Translations under genes and position numbers: made by a program | Assembly (NCBI GenBank): GCA_965203805.1 | Contig: OZ241917.1 | Span: 1,536,001-1,600,000 of the forward strand | Source: Candidatus Latescibacterota bacterium | GTDB taxonomy: Bacteria > Latescibacterota > UBA2968 > GCA-2709665 | Length of the DNA: 64,000 nt | Reading direction: 5' to 3' | Shown here: positions 1-9,451 of the stretch, one piece after another | Position numbering within the stretch: position 1 is the stretch's first letter | Layout of the letters: each line of letters starts with the position of its first letter | The notes under the pieces: model-generated | What the model was told of the DNA's origin: nothing | The model's database searches: none | Seen by the model: only the letters and a program-made list of their open reading frames with translations

Positions 1-1
1 G

Positions 2-706
2 AGCTACGATAAGGCCGAACAGGAAGGAATCGTCTACCTGAAGTCTCTTGGCGAGGAAGTCAACGTACGGCACGTGCTTGAGCTCATCACCCGCCTGAAG
101 CAGATCTGCAACGCCGACCCAAAGACCGGTGAATCCAGCAAGTTGTCGGACATCAAGGACCGCGTCGACCAACTGGCGGCCCAGGGACACAAGACGCTGA
201 TCTTTTCGCAGTACGTCACCGACCAATCCGGGGTGGGCGCCGTGGCCAACCGTCTCGTAGATTTCAACCCGCTTACCATCACCGGAGACGTGCCTCCGCA
301 CGAACGAGCGGAAATCATCGAACGCTTCAAAACCAGCAGCGAACACAAAGTGTTGGTATTGTCACTGCGGGCGGGCGGACTGGGATTGAACCTGCAGGAG
401 GCGTCATACGTGATACACCTGGACCGATGGTGGAACCCCGCCGTAGAAAGTCAGGCCGAAGACCGAAGCCACCGCGTCGGCCAGACAGTCAAGGTTAACG
501 TCATCAAGTACTCCTGCAACGAAACTATCGAGCAGCGCATTGACGATATTCTCGAGAACAAACGGGAACTGTTCAATCAACTCATCGACGACGTGTCGAT
601 GGATCTGTCCACCCAGATGAACAGCGATGAACTTTTCGGGCTATTCGGATTGGAACGGCCGCTCGACTCGTGCTTTCATGAAAAGAAAGGACTGGCTCAA
701 GGGTAG
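2..706 (+). CDS. SNF2-family helicase, C-terminal part (5' end outside window)
   Basis: Frame open from base 2; KTLIFSQY, SLRAGGLGLNLQEA, DRWWNPAVESQAEDRSHRVGQ helicase-C motifs. Confidence 0.93.
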   Translation, partial: SYDKAEQEGIVYLKSLGEEVNVRHVLELITRLKQICNADPKTGESSKLSDIKDRVDQLAAQGHKTLIFSQYVTDQSGVGAVANRLVDFNPLTITGDVPPHERAEIIERFKTSSEHKVLVLSLRAGGLGLNLQEASYVIHLDRWWNPAVESQAEDRSHRVGQTVKVNVIKYSCNETIEQRIDDILENKRELFNQLIDDVSMDLSTQMNSDELFGLFGLERPLDSCFHEKKGLAQG

Positions 707-952
707 AGTTGTGATGCGGCGCAGCGTGATTTGTGCCGAGACCGTAGAGCGCGTGACACAACCCTGCGGGGTTTTCGCAGATCCAAGGCAGGGAATCCAC
801 ACGTACCTGGAGCTTCCTGTGCGAATGTCGCAATTGCACACATTGTGACGCTTAACCCTACCGTTCGGTCAATGCCCTTTTTGCCGTAGAATAATTACGA
901 ATAGTCCACATAACGCGATTCTCAGACCCTCGATCCAAATGGAGATCTCACC

Positions 953-1156
953 CTGCAAGTTCCAACACCACAAGACAAACTCGCCGAATTTGACGCCCGA
1001 TCGTCACGGATCGAGGGGATTGTCGAGCAGATGGATGCACGCTTGAACAGTCTCGAGCAAGGCCAACGTGATTTATTGTCCTGGACTCGATGGCTTTTGG
1101 GAATCCAGATTACAAGCTTGATCACGCTTGGCACGCTCATTTTGATAAAGCTATGA
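953..1156 (+). CDS. Small coiled-coil protein with C-terminal TM helix (CTG start; not in ORF track)
   Basis: GGAG at 941-944; translates QVPTPQDKLAEFDARSSRIEGIVEQMDARLNSLEQGQRDLLSWTRWLLGIQITSLITLGTLILIKL*. Confidence 0.55.
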   Translation: MQVPTPQDKLAEFDARSSRIEGIVEQMDARLNSLEQGQRDLLSWTRWLLGIQITSLITLGTLILIKL

Positions 1157-1354
1157 TCGTGCTTGCACAACCCCAACCGCAGGTTTCCAATTCCGTGAGA
1201 AATGGGTCTCCGGCCACCTTGAAGCGCCTTCTGCATGCACAGCACAGACATCACCGAGCCCCGGACCGACGCGAAACGTAATGACGGGCCGAGCGGAATT
1301 CGGGTTGTCTAGTCATTCGGCCTGCCCCCCGGTTCAACAGGTCCCCTCCGAATT

Positions 1355-1813
1355 TCAAATAAATGAGGCGAATTCGGACGCTTTCAACATTGCCACCGGT
1401 TTGCCTGCGTCTTCTTGAAGCTTGTCCAATGCCTGCCTGAAGTTTTCGCCCGGGGTCGTCCCCGTCGAGACGATCAGTCCCTCACTTGCGTGTTCATATT
1501 GCTGAAACGGTCTTCTGATATCTTCGATCGCGCGCGTATTGTAAATCTCCCCTTCGAAGGATTTGACCTGAACAACCAGCGCATCTCGGTGAACCAATCG
1601 GGGGATTGAACCGAATTCGAAATCCACTATCAAGTCGGCCCCGTAATCACGAGCGCCTCCTTGTCGTTTCACAGCCCTAACGCCGGGAACGCTTTGAAAT
1701 ACCTTCTTAACGAGAGGTTCAAGATCCCTGTTTGGATGTGTGCGGCTGATTTTATGTGAGATTTCTTTGAGAAGAGGTTGAATCTGCTCGGAAAGATAGT
1801 CGTGCAGGCGGGT
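1355..1813 (-). pseudogene. 5'-truncated Mrr-like restriction endonuclease domain
   Basis: Frame open to ~1813 with no start or RBS; DYGADLIV..VVQVKS..GLIVST PD-(D/E)XK-like pattern. Confidence 0.6.
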
Positions 1814-2380
1814 TCAAGGGTGGATGGCGTGAACGGAGACGGCGCGCCGGTACGTCTGGCGCTCAAGTTCGGATATCCCGACTCGGCGGCCACCCTGGTG
1901 CGTCTCGGGGCGGAGGTGAAAACCGTAGCAATGGCCGCAGGACTGGGCCGCTTGGACCTGACGAAGGAATTCGTGAACAAGCGTGGCGCATCTGAGCCCG
2001 ATCTGGCGTCAGCGTTTGAGGATGCCTGCCGGTTCGGACGGACGGAGATCGCCGAATACCTTCTGTCACGGGGCGCCAACGTGGACGGACAGGGCACGTG
2101 GGATATGACGGGCCTGATGTGGGCCGCTTCGCAGGGACATCTCGACACCATGTCACTGATCCTGGACCGCGGCCCGTCCCTCGAATTGAGGAACGAGTTC
2201 GGCGGCACCGCGATGGGCACGACCCTGCACTTCGCGATCAATTCGCCGAACCCCGGGGCGGACTATCCAGCCGTGATCGACATGCTGCTTGAGGCAGGAT
2301 TGGAATACGAGGGGTCCAGGAAGGGAACGGGGCTGAATCATATCGACGCCGTGCTTCGCCGGCACGGTCGGATCGACTGA
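1778..2380 (+). pseudogene. Ankyrin-repeat protein, probably 5'-truncated
   Basis: ACRFGRTEIAEYLLSRGANVD and TGLMWAASQGHLDTMSLILDRG ankyrin repeats; no RBS; 5' end overlaps the opposite-strand remnant. Confidence 0.7.
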
Positions 2381-2412
2381 ACCGGCAATCCACCGAACAG
2401 TATCACAAAAAC

Positions 2413-2447
2413 AAGGCGCGGCCATCATGGCGGCGCCTTTTCCTTTT
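2413..2447 (+). terminator. Intrinsic terminator
   Basis: AAGGCGCGGCCAT-C-ATGGCGGCGCCTT stem followed by TTCCTTTT. Confidence 0.7.
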
Positions 2448-2480
2448 AGACTGGAGACAGAGCCAGTCGGGCGAATTCTT

Positions 2481-3146
2481 GCGCTGAGCCTGTTAAAGGG
2501 TCGGGGAATGGATACGAAGCGCGGCATTTCGACAAGCTCAATGAACGCGCTTCTTACCGCCAGGGAAAAGGCGCACGGGTCTCGGATGCATCTCACGGAG
2601 GGTTGCCGGCCAGCATGTCACCCTAGACGACGTACAAAATCCGTATCGATACGTGGTCATTGCTTGCGTTGAGCCTGTCGAAACGGCTTGTCGAAATGCC
2701 CGTATTACAGAGTCCCATCGACATGCACGCCGCCTCGGCAAGACCTTCTGGGCGCTAACGTGCCGCCTTTAAGGCTCGGGACACGTTCAAATCACGCTGG
2801 TGTGAACCGATGCCGCAGCAGATCCTTCGTCAGCCGGCCTGCCAATGATGCTCCGGCAGGCCCGACCGCTTCTTCAGGATGACAGTTTGGGCTAACGAAT
2901 GACAGATTCATTTCAACGATGGCTATTGCAAAACATGTCATTCTGAGCGGAGCGAAGAATCTCCCGTCTTCTCAGCTTGACGTGCGGCGGAAGCCTTCAC
3001 CGGCCCATATGCGCGGAGGCCTGGTCTCCCTGCCGGCGTCCTCACAGTCCGGGCGCACGTCGGCAGACAGGAATGTCTGCCTGCCTGCGCAGCGAACCGC
3101 GCTGCAGGCAGGCCCCACCCTTTCAACGGCTTCTTCAGAATGACAG
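2481..3146. repeat. Cluster of REP-like palindromes, partly nested
   Basis: CATTTCGACAAGCTCAATG (~2525) with an interrupted inverse copy (2655-2698); GTCATTCTGAGCGGAGCGAAGAATCT (~2937); CTTCTTCAG(G/A)ATGACAG twice; GCAGACAGGAATGTCTG|CCCCAC carrying a 33-bp insert. Confidence 0.75.
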
Positions 3147-3172
3147 TTCAGCGAGCGAGCGGCGGATTGACT

Positions 3173-3556
3173 CTACGTCTGCATGATCTGGATGAGATTG
3201 CCGCACGTATCGTCGAAGATCGCCAGCATAACTTCCTGATATTTGGTGGGTTCCATCGAAAACGAGACGTCGAGCGCCTTCAATCGCTCAAACTCGGCTT
3301 GAATATCCTCAACGCCGAACGACGCAGCCGGGATCCCCTGTTCGAAGAGTCCCTTTTGATATGTCTTTGCGACCTGATTTTCGTTCGGTTCGAGCAAGAG
3401 CTCGGGACCGTCGGGGTTATCGGGCGAGACGACAGTGAGCCACTTGAACTCCCCGACCGGAACGTCATGCTTTTTCACAAAACCAAGCGTTTCCGTATAG
3501 AACTTCAGGGCATTGTCCTGGTCTTCCACAAATACACCGGTAAGTACGATTTCCAT
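3173..3556 (-). CDS. VOC/glyoxalase family protein
   Basis: VFVEDQDNALKFYTETLGF..FDDTCGNLIQI; ATG at 3556 preceded by AAGGGG. Confidence 0.92.
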   Translation of the reverse strand: MEIVLTGVFVEDQDNALKFYTETLGFVKKHDVPVGEFKWLTVVSPDNPDGPELLLEPNENQVAKTYQKGLFEQGIPAASFGVEDIQAEFERLKALDVSFSMEPTKYQEVMLAIFDDTCGNLIQIMQT

Positions 3557-3661
3557 ATTGTCATTTCCCCTTGTTATCAGACGGTTTCGGGAACGGATGT
3601 TGCGCAGACGCATGATCGTTTTCCGACAGCATTGATAAATGATCGGCCTCTACTGTAATTC

Positions 3662-4543
3662 TCACGCGGCCATGAAGTCGGCAAAAGAACACCCCTTCGG
3701 ATGACAGTAGTTGTATTTGAAGTACGACCTGAATCCAATTTTTCGGTAGACCGGCTCTCCCATCGTCGATGCTTGAAGTACGGCAATTCTGTACCCCATT
3801 TGGCGAGCGTCCCTCATTGGCGCCAACGTCATTGCGGTTCCATTTCCCTTCCTTCTATGCTCCGGCGAAACTTCCACCTGATAGATTCCCGCAACCCCGG
3901 ATGACAGAAACATCATCGAAGTACCGACCGCTACCCCGTCGATCCTCCCCACATAAAGCCTTACCTCAGGCGAATGAATGAGACCCTTGAACATCCCGAA
4001 TTCGAATAGCGTGAAGAAGGACAACCATTCGCGCAGTGCCTTGTCATCACCCACCCGTTCTATTCTGAGGTCGAGCGGAAATGGACGCACTCCATTCATC
4101 GCATCCAGTTCCATGGCCATTCCGGGAGGATTGTGATCCATCGCCACGAAGCCATTTCTCAAGAGTTCGTTTCTCAAATTCGCCGGATGTGCTTTCGGAC
4201 CGAACTTGAGAAGCGGTGGCAGCTCCCTTTGCTCGATACCCTCGCGAATACGTTGGATACGTTTCTTGAGCATCGCTTCGTGGAAGCGCGGTTCGACCAG
4301 GTAATTCGGCCACCACGGTTTGCCGATGACGCCGGTGTAATCTTCTTCTCTCAGGATCGTCTTACCGCCCAATTCCGCGGCGAAGAGGAACAGATCGATG
4401 TTGTTCTGCTCGATCGCAGCAATGACAGCGGAATCCGAAGAATCATTCAACACATCTGGCATCTTGGAATCTATCTCGATCGATCCTGTGGTGGGTAATG
4501 TGACCTTGGTCGCATTGCAGTGCGTCGTGGCCGATTGAGCCAC
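3662..4543 (-). CDS. GNAT N-acetyltransferase (true start possibly 4462)
   Basis: VAGIYQVEVSPEHRRKGNG..AVLQASTMGEPVYRKIGF acetyl-CoA motifs. Confidence 0.88.
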   Translation of the reverse strand: MAQSATTHCNATKVTLPTTGSIEIDSKMPDVLNDSSDSAVIAAIEQNNIDLFLFAAELGGKTILREEDYTGVIGKPWWPNYLVEPRFHEAMLKKRIQRIREGIEQRELPPLLKFGPKAHPANLRNELLRNGFVAMDHNPPGMAMELDAMNGVRPFPLDLRIERVGDDKALREWLSFFTLFEFGMFKGLIHSPEVRLYVGRIDGVAVGTSMMFLSSGVAGIYQVEVSPEHRRKGNGTAMTLAPMRDARQMGYRIAVLQASTMGEPVYRKIGFRSYFKYNYCHPKGCSFADFMAA

Positions 4544-4546
4544 TCC

Positions 4547-4975
4547 TTAATCGAGCCTTAACTGCGAACCTATTTCTGCCAGACTCTCCTTATCTGCCTC
4601 CAAATGTGACGAGCCAAACTCGATGTTCCCCTTGTTCAGAATGTAGCGGGCAGACGTAACGTCCATATCTTCGTGCATTGGAAAGACATGCCCGTGCGCG
4701 TGGGGCACGCCACTTCCGGCGTAGACAAATGCAATTCGTTCTACCCCGTAGATGGCTTTCATTCTTCTGGCGAGGCGCTGGCCAAGTGCCATGATTCGTG
4801 CCGCGAGGTCACCGGGAACCTCGTCGAACGAATCGAAATGAACCCTGGGGATGATCAGGGTATGACCGTCTCGTATGGGCCTGGCGTCCAGAAACGCGAC
4901 AATCTCGGAATCCTCCCATACGATTACCGCTTCTGCGTTTCCGTTGGCAATTTCGCAAAAAGGACACACCGTCAC
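4547..4975 (-). CDS. HIT family protein
   Basis: CPFCEI, GHTLIIPR, VPHAHGHVFP histidine triad. Confidence 0.92.
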   Translation of the reverse strand: MTVCPFCEIANGNAEAVIVWEDSEIVAFLDARPIRDGHTLIIPRVHFDSFDEVPGDLAARIMALGQRLARRMKAIYGVERIAFVYAGSGVPHAHGHVFPMHEDMDVTSARYILNKGNIEFGSSHLEADKESLAEIGSQLRLD

Positions 4976-5107
4976 AATATCCTCAATCTGGCAGTTGTCC
5001 CACTGTTGACGGAATGTGTCACTGACACCGGCCTGAATTTATCCAATCTCCGATCCATTGGCAATACCAGCCGCGGTCTGCGGGTCCCGATAACCCGGTC
5101 AGGGCAT

Positions 5108-5515
5108 TCATCGCGGCTCGGTTTGAATTGTCTTTGAGATGATCGATTGCAGATCCGGTTCGCTAAACCGGTCCGACTTCAACACTTTGCCGTCCTCCCT
5201 GTATATCGGTTTACCGTGCTTGTCGAGTTTACTCATGTTGCTCCGGTGGACTTCGTCAAAGAGCGCTTCAGCGATATCGTGCAGTCCATGGGTGATGAAT
5301 GTGCCCAGGAGTACGTAGAGCAAATCGGTAAGGGAGTCCGCGATCTCGACGATGTCCCGGTCTTGTACGGCCACTCGATATTCCTCCAGTTCTTCCAGGA
5401 GCATCTTGACCCGCCATTCGCTCAACTCCGCGGGTACTTTTGCGGTAGGCGTGCGCTCTACGTGCGCCCCGAACACCTCATGAAATCTCCTCACGCTATC
5501 GAGTTGATCTTTCAC
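5108..5515 (-). CDS. Nucleoside triphosphate pyrophosphohydrolase (MazG-like)
   Basis: EELEEY..EIADSLTDLLYV..EVHRSNMSKL..REDGKVLK. Confidence 0.9.
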   Translation of the reverse strand: MKDQLDSVRRFHEVFGAHVERTPTAKVPAELSEWRVKMLLEELEEYRVAVQDRDIVEIADSLTDLLYVLLGTFITHGLHDIAEALFDEVHRSNMSKLDKHGKPIYREDGKVLKSDRFSEPDLQSIISKTIQTEPR

Positions 5516-5677
5516 ACGGATTCTCCCAAAGGCTCTGCCTCAAATGTTGTCGGAATGTCCATTGTCCCGCGAACCCAATGACTGACGTCCTGGCTGATTG
5601 GGCGAGCGTGAATCCTCTCAGCCGCAGCGCAAACCCACATGGCTCGCCGAATGTGGAATCGCCAGTCGGAGCTTCGA

Positions 5678-6472
5678 CTAAAGCGATTGTCGACGCTTCA
5701 GCAGGAAGATCATTTCGGGCGCGTTCGGCCCTATCGGCTTCCTGTCAAACGACCCGAATTCCCCCACGGTCTCGAGACCGGCGGCGTGGAAAAGCGCTTT
5801 GAGATGAGGATAGGTGTACACGCTCATCCTGAATGGCTCTTCTTCCTCGGACACGACCCGGCCGCCTTCATACAGCCTGAAGATAAACCGCCCGGCGAAA
5901 CCCATGTTGACCGGATCGAATCCATCTTTGACGAAGAATCTCCGGATGGTCCGACCGGTCCCGTCGCCGTCAGGCCATTCCAGTTCCAGGTGTTCCTCGC
6001 CGTCGCCGGATTGAAGCTTGTCGAAGCGGGGATTGAACACGTCAAACGCGAGGACGCCTCCATCCTTCAGGTGTCTCCCGGCGTTTGTCAGCGCCGCCAG
6101 TTGATCTTCCACGGTGTACATATGCTGCATGGGTCTGAATGGAATCACGACCAGGGGGAATTGATCTCCAAGACAAAGGGTCCTGAAATCACCCTCGACA
6201 ACTCGTACCCTGCGTCTGAGACCTGCAGGTTCTTTGGCGAGCTTTGCACGCAGAGCCTCCAACATCGCGCGAGAAGCATCCAGCCCCGTGACGTCAACAC
6301 CCTGCCGCGCAAGCGGCAACGTGATTCTGCCGGTCCCGCAGCCCAGCTCCAGGACAGGCCCGCCATATTCCCCGGCCAGGTCCAGATAGAAGTCTCTGTC
6401 AACCAGATCTACCTTCGTACTGTATGCGGCGTCGTAGTGCTTCGCCGCCAGACTGTAGGCATCATCAATCAT
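5678..6472 (-). CDS. Class I SAM-dependent methyltransferase
   Basis: VLELGCGTGR motif I. Confidence 0.92.
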   Translation of the reverse strand: MIDDAYSLAAKHYDAAYSTKVDLVDRDFYLDLAGEYGGPVLELGCGTGRITLPLARQGVDVTGLDASRAMLEALRAKLAKEPAGLRRRVRVVEGDFRTLCLGDQFPLVVIPFRPMQHMYTVEDQLAALTNAGRHLKDGGVLAFDVFNPRFDKLQSGDGEEHLELEWPDGDGTGRTIRRFFVKDGFDPVNMGFAGRFIFRLYEGGRVVSEEEEPFRMSVYTYPHLKALFHAAGLETVGEFGSFDRKPIGPNAPEMIFLLKRRQSL

Positions 6473-7302
6473 CGCGAGGTTCCGATCGCCTTCTCCGGAC
6501 CAACCAGTTTCTCCGTCAATTCGATCGCTGACTGGTAAGCATCCGCAAGGAATTCGGATGGAGCTTGAGCGCTATTCTGGGGAACCGCCTCAATTATAAT
6601 CGGTCCCTGACGGGATTCGGAATATGCTCTCGAAACGGCATCCCAATCGACAATTCCCCTCATCGGCAACCAGTGAACGTCGCCATGGCCGTCCGTATCC
6701 GAGAAGTGGGTCGTGAGAAGACGATGTGCCCATTTCTCGAGCACGGCGCCGGGAGCATCGGAATACAGGAAGTCGTGTGAACTATCGTAGCACAAGCCGA
6801 GGTTCGCCAGGGGAAGCTCAGTCAAAATGAAATCAACGCGATTGGGCACCCTTGTATTCTCCAGAGCCAGCGCGACCCCGCACTTTGCCGCCTCCTCGCC
6901 CAACCGCCGGAGAATCTCCAGGCCTTCCTCACAAGGCGGAGGCGGCGATGGCCCCTTCGTTACGTGAAGCACGATGCGGGAAATGGAATGCCGGCTGCAG
7001 TACTCAATCAGCCTGAGATGTTCGTCTGCCAGCCGGTCCCGTTCGCTGGGCCGATCGGACCAGAGAGCATTCGCGTTGTCGTATGGCGCGTGGACGTGAT
7101 CGACGGCGAGCCCGGCATCTGCGGCCATTCCCGGCATTTCGTGGGCACGACCCGATGCAACCAGGGGTTCTTTGTTGCCCATCCACAGAGATGTGTGACT
7201 GAAACCACTCTGCCTGATCAGACTCAAGCGTTCAGCCAGAGGCAGGTCGTAGCCGAACCAGGAAAATATGCCGAGAGGGGCCAGGGCGGCAAAAGTCGTC
7301 AT
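6469..7302 (-). CDS. Sugar phosphate isomerase/epimerase (AP endonuclease 2 TIM barrel)
   Basis: LALEN, LCYDSSH, HFSDTDG..HWLP..GIVDW metal motifs; start reassigned to ATG 7302. Confidence 0.85.
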   Translation of the reverse strand: MTTFAALAPLGIFSWFGYDLPLAERLSLIRQSGFSHTSLWMGNKEPLVASGRAHEMPGMAADAGLAVDHVHAPYDNANALWSDRPSERDRLADEHLRLIEYCSRHSISRIVLHVTKGPSPPPPCEEGLEILRRLGEEAAKCGVALALENTRVPNRVDFILTELPLANLGLCYDSSHDFLYSDAPGAVLEKWAHRLLTTHFSDTDGHGDVHWLPMRGIVDWDAVSRAYSESRQGPIIIEAVPQNSAQAPSEFLADAYQSAIELTEKLVGPEKAIGTSR

Positions 7303-7357
7303 GGATAATTCATCTCTTGATGTTGTACCAAAGGTGAGTTCCGACCGCCCCGGACGC

Positions 7358-7476
7358 CGGGCGCCTGCCTGCGCAGCGTACTGCCTGCCTGTGCGGAGCA
7401 CGCCTGCCTGCGCAGTGCCCTGCGCTGCAGGCAGGCAGACAGGCGCTGCAGGCAGGCCCACAACGGACGCCCCTAC
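7358..7476. repeat. Triple-nested CCTG..CAGG hairpins inside a GTAG-type REP
   Basis: GGGCG[7364-7456[7384-7443[7403-7435]]]CCCACAACGGACGCCCCTAC. Confidence 0.85.
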
Positions 7477-7565
7477 AAGTTGGTGAAGAGCGATTCTGTA
7501 AGGAGTATCGCGACGGGTCAACGAGTAGCCGGACATGGGTTTGTTCGCCCGTCGTGACGCTTCTG

Positions 7566-8107
7566 CTATTTGCGGCGCTGTCCCGCAATATACAGGCGTA
7601 GCGCTTTGATCGCCGGAAGATCTACATCTCTCACGGGTGCGCCAGCGTGGTGTTTGTGGAAGTTGACCTTCTCGTCAAGCTGGGCTTCAGCGCTGAGGAT
7701 CGGACAGGATAGGTCGCCCAGTTGCCCCTCCGGCGCACAAAAGGCTCCAGGCGAATACGGCCAGAGGCTACGACGTCTCCGGATTGAGTCCGTTGGAGTA
7801 ACCCAAAACTGACATATTGATCGAGTTTGCAAAACCCAATGTGTTCTTCGGGATGCCGGACTTCCTGTTGGGTATACCCCAACGCACAAAGACAGGCAGA
7901 CACGTCCGGCGCATCTGTCTTCCAAATCGCCCAATCGGCGTCGCCGTGGACGCGCGAGACTTCGTCGAGCAGAAAATCCAGAGCCCAACCCCCGCCAAGC
8001 CAGTGTGGGACCGAACGGGCTTTCAATGCCACATGAATCTCCCTGATCAGCCCAAGCTGGACAGAATTCGGGTCGGCCAGACACTCGATATCTACAGATT
8101 CAGACAT
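7566..8107 (-). pseudogene. Aminoglycoside/lincosamide nucleotidyltransferase-like gene, frameshifted
   Basis: HWLGGGWALDFLL..RVHGDAD in one frame; C-terminus WPYSPGAF..CPILSAEAQL in another frame from ~7760. Confidence 0.75.
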
Positions 8108-8192
8108 GGGTCAAGCTCATGGAATATAAATTAACTCAATACGCCGAACCAGATGCCGCAATGCCATGTGCTGTGCCCATCAGATTTCCTCC

Positions 8193-9041
8193 TTATTCTT
8201 CTATCGAACTACAGTTCGAACCCAATACAAAATCCACCTCGGCCAACCAGGTTTGAAAAGTACTGTCAGCAGGCGCACACAGTCCTGATTCATGGAATAT
8301 CAGCCGTTCAAGGAACTTTAACTGAACCATACTCTGCGGGAGCGGACCAGACAAAGGACTCGTTTGTAGATTCAAGTGCTCCAGACGGGAAAGATGACTT
8401 ATTTCCCCCGGCACAGAACCTTCTAATTGACTACCGCCCACAAATAGGTGAGTAAGTCGGCTAAGGTTGGTCAACTCAATCGGGAATGAGCCTGTCAAGG
8501 GATTGGTACCAATCCATAATTTATTCAAATTTGATAGGCTGCTCAATTCAGGAGGGATCGGGCCACTTAACTGATTTTCAGAAAGAAACAAGACGCGAAG
8601 GTCTGGTAACTTGGCCAATTCGGGAGGGATCGGGCCGGTTAACTGATTCTTGTGCAAATAAAGCACTTGGAGTTTATCCAGACCACCGAGTTCCTTCGGT
8701 ATTGAACCTGTCAGATTATTTCCCTGCAGATTTATAGTCACAACTCGATTATTTGACACCACGATACCGTGCCAGGTAGAAATATCACTATCTGTCAACC
8801 AATTGGCTTTGACCCGCCAATTATCTCCGTTCGTCGCGAGATAAAGCGCAATCAACCTATCGCGGTCTGACAAGGGTGGAGAATAAGTAGATCCGAAGAC
8901 TCGAGCAAAGGCTATAAAATCAGCGAAATCGACATCAAAATCACCGTCAAAGTCTCCAGGATACGGTGAACAATTTTCCTGCGCAGAAACCGAACCCACT
9001 ATAAGCACGAACAGAATAAACAAAGTCAATCGTGCCTTCAT
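8193..9041 (-). CDS. Secreted leucine-rich repeat protein with a dockerin/EF-hand-like motif
   Basis: Signal peptide; GDFDGDFDVDFADF; ALYLATNGDNW cap; LxxNxLxGxIPxEL repeats. Confidence 0.9.
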   Translation of the reverse strand: MKARLTLFILFVLIVGSVSAQENCSPYPGDFDGDFDVDFADFIAFARVFGSTYSPPLSDRDRLIALYLATNGDNWRVKANWLTDSDISTWHGIVVSNNRVVTINLQGNNLTGSIPKELGGLDKLQVLYLHKNQLTGPIPPELAKLPDLRVLFLSENQLSGPIPPELSSLSNLNKLWIGTNPLTGSFPIELTNLSRLTHLFVGGSQLEGSVPGEISHLSRLEHLNLQTSPLSGPLPQSMVQLKFLERLIFHESGLCAPADSTFQTWLAEVDFVLGSNCSSIEE

Positions 9042-9090
9042 AGTATCCCCCAAATTATATAAAACAAGCCATGGGACAATATTGCTCAGT

Positions 9091-9303
9091 TCAAAGCTTC
9101 AGGTGGCTGTCGATCCATTCGTACACTTTCTCTCTGACGCCTCCCGGAAAACCATGATTACCACCGTCCTCGTCGAAGAAGATGGTTCGCAAATTATCAC
9201 CCGCACCGAGACCAGCGTACCGCTTGCGGGCGTGCCGCTCGATTCTCTTTGTCTCGGCGACCTGCCGCTCACTGATCCTCTTCCAATTCCCCTGATCGGC
9301 CAA
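9091..9303 (-). pseudogene. C-terminal remnant of an alpha/beta hydrolase-like gene
   Basis: RYAGLGAGDNL..GGNHGFP..REKVYEWIDSHL; no N-terminus or RBS. Confidence 0.55.
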
Positions 9304-9451
9304 GGAATTCAGTTGACGCCGGAGGACCCAATTTCGTCTGAGGTGTCTTCAGCTACCGATATGGCGCAGCCGGTTGACGTCGGTTTCTTCAGACGAACTA
9401 TCTCACGGCAGATTAGCCGTCATCTGGTCTCGCAAGGACGCCCCTCCCGGT

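Noticed and set aside
7303-7536. N-terminal extension of the 355-aa ORF
   Set aside because: It runs through the nested hairpins; the recognisable domain starts near 7302.
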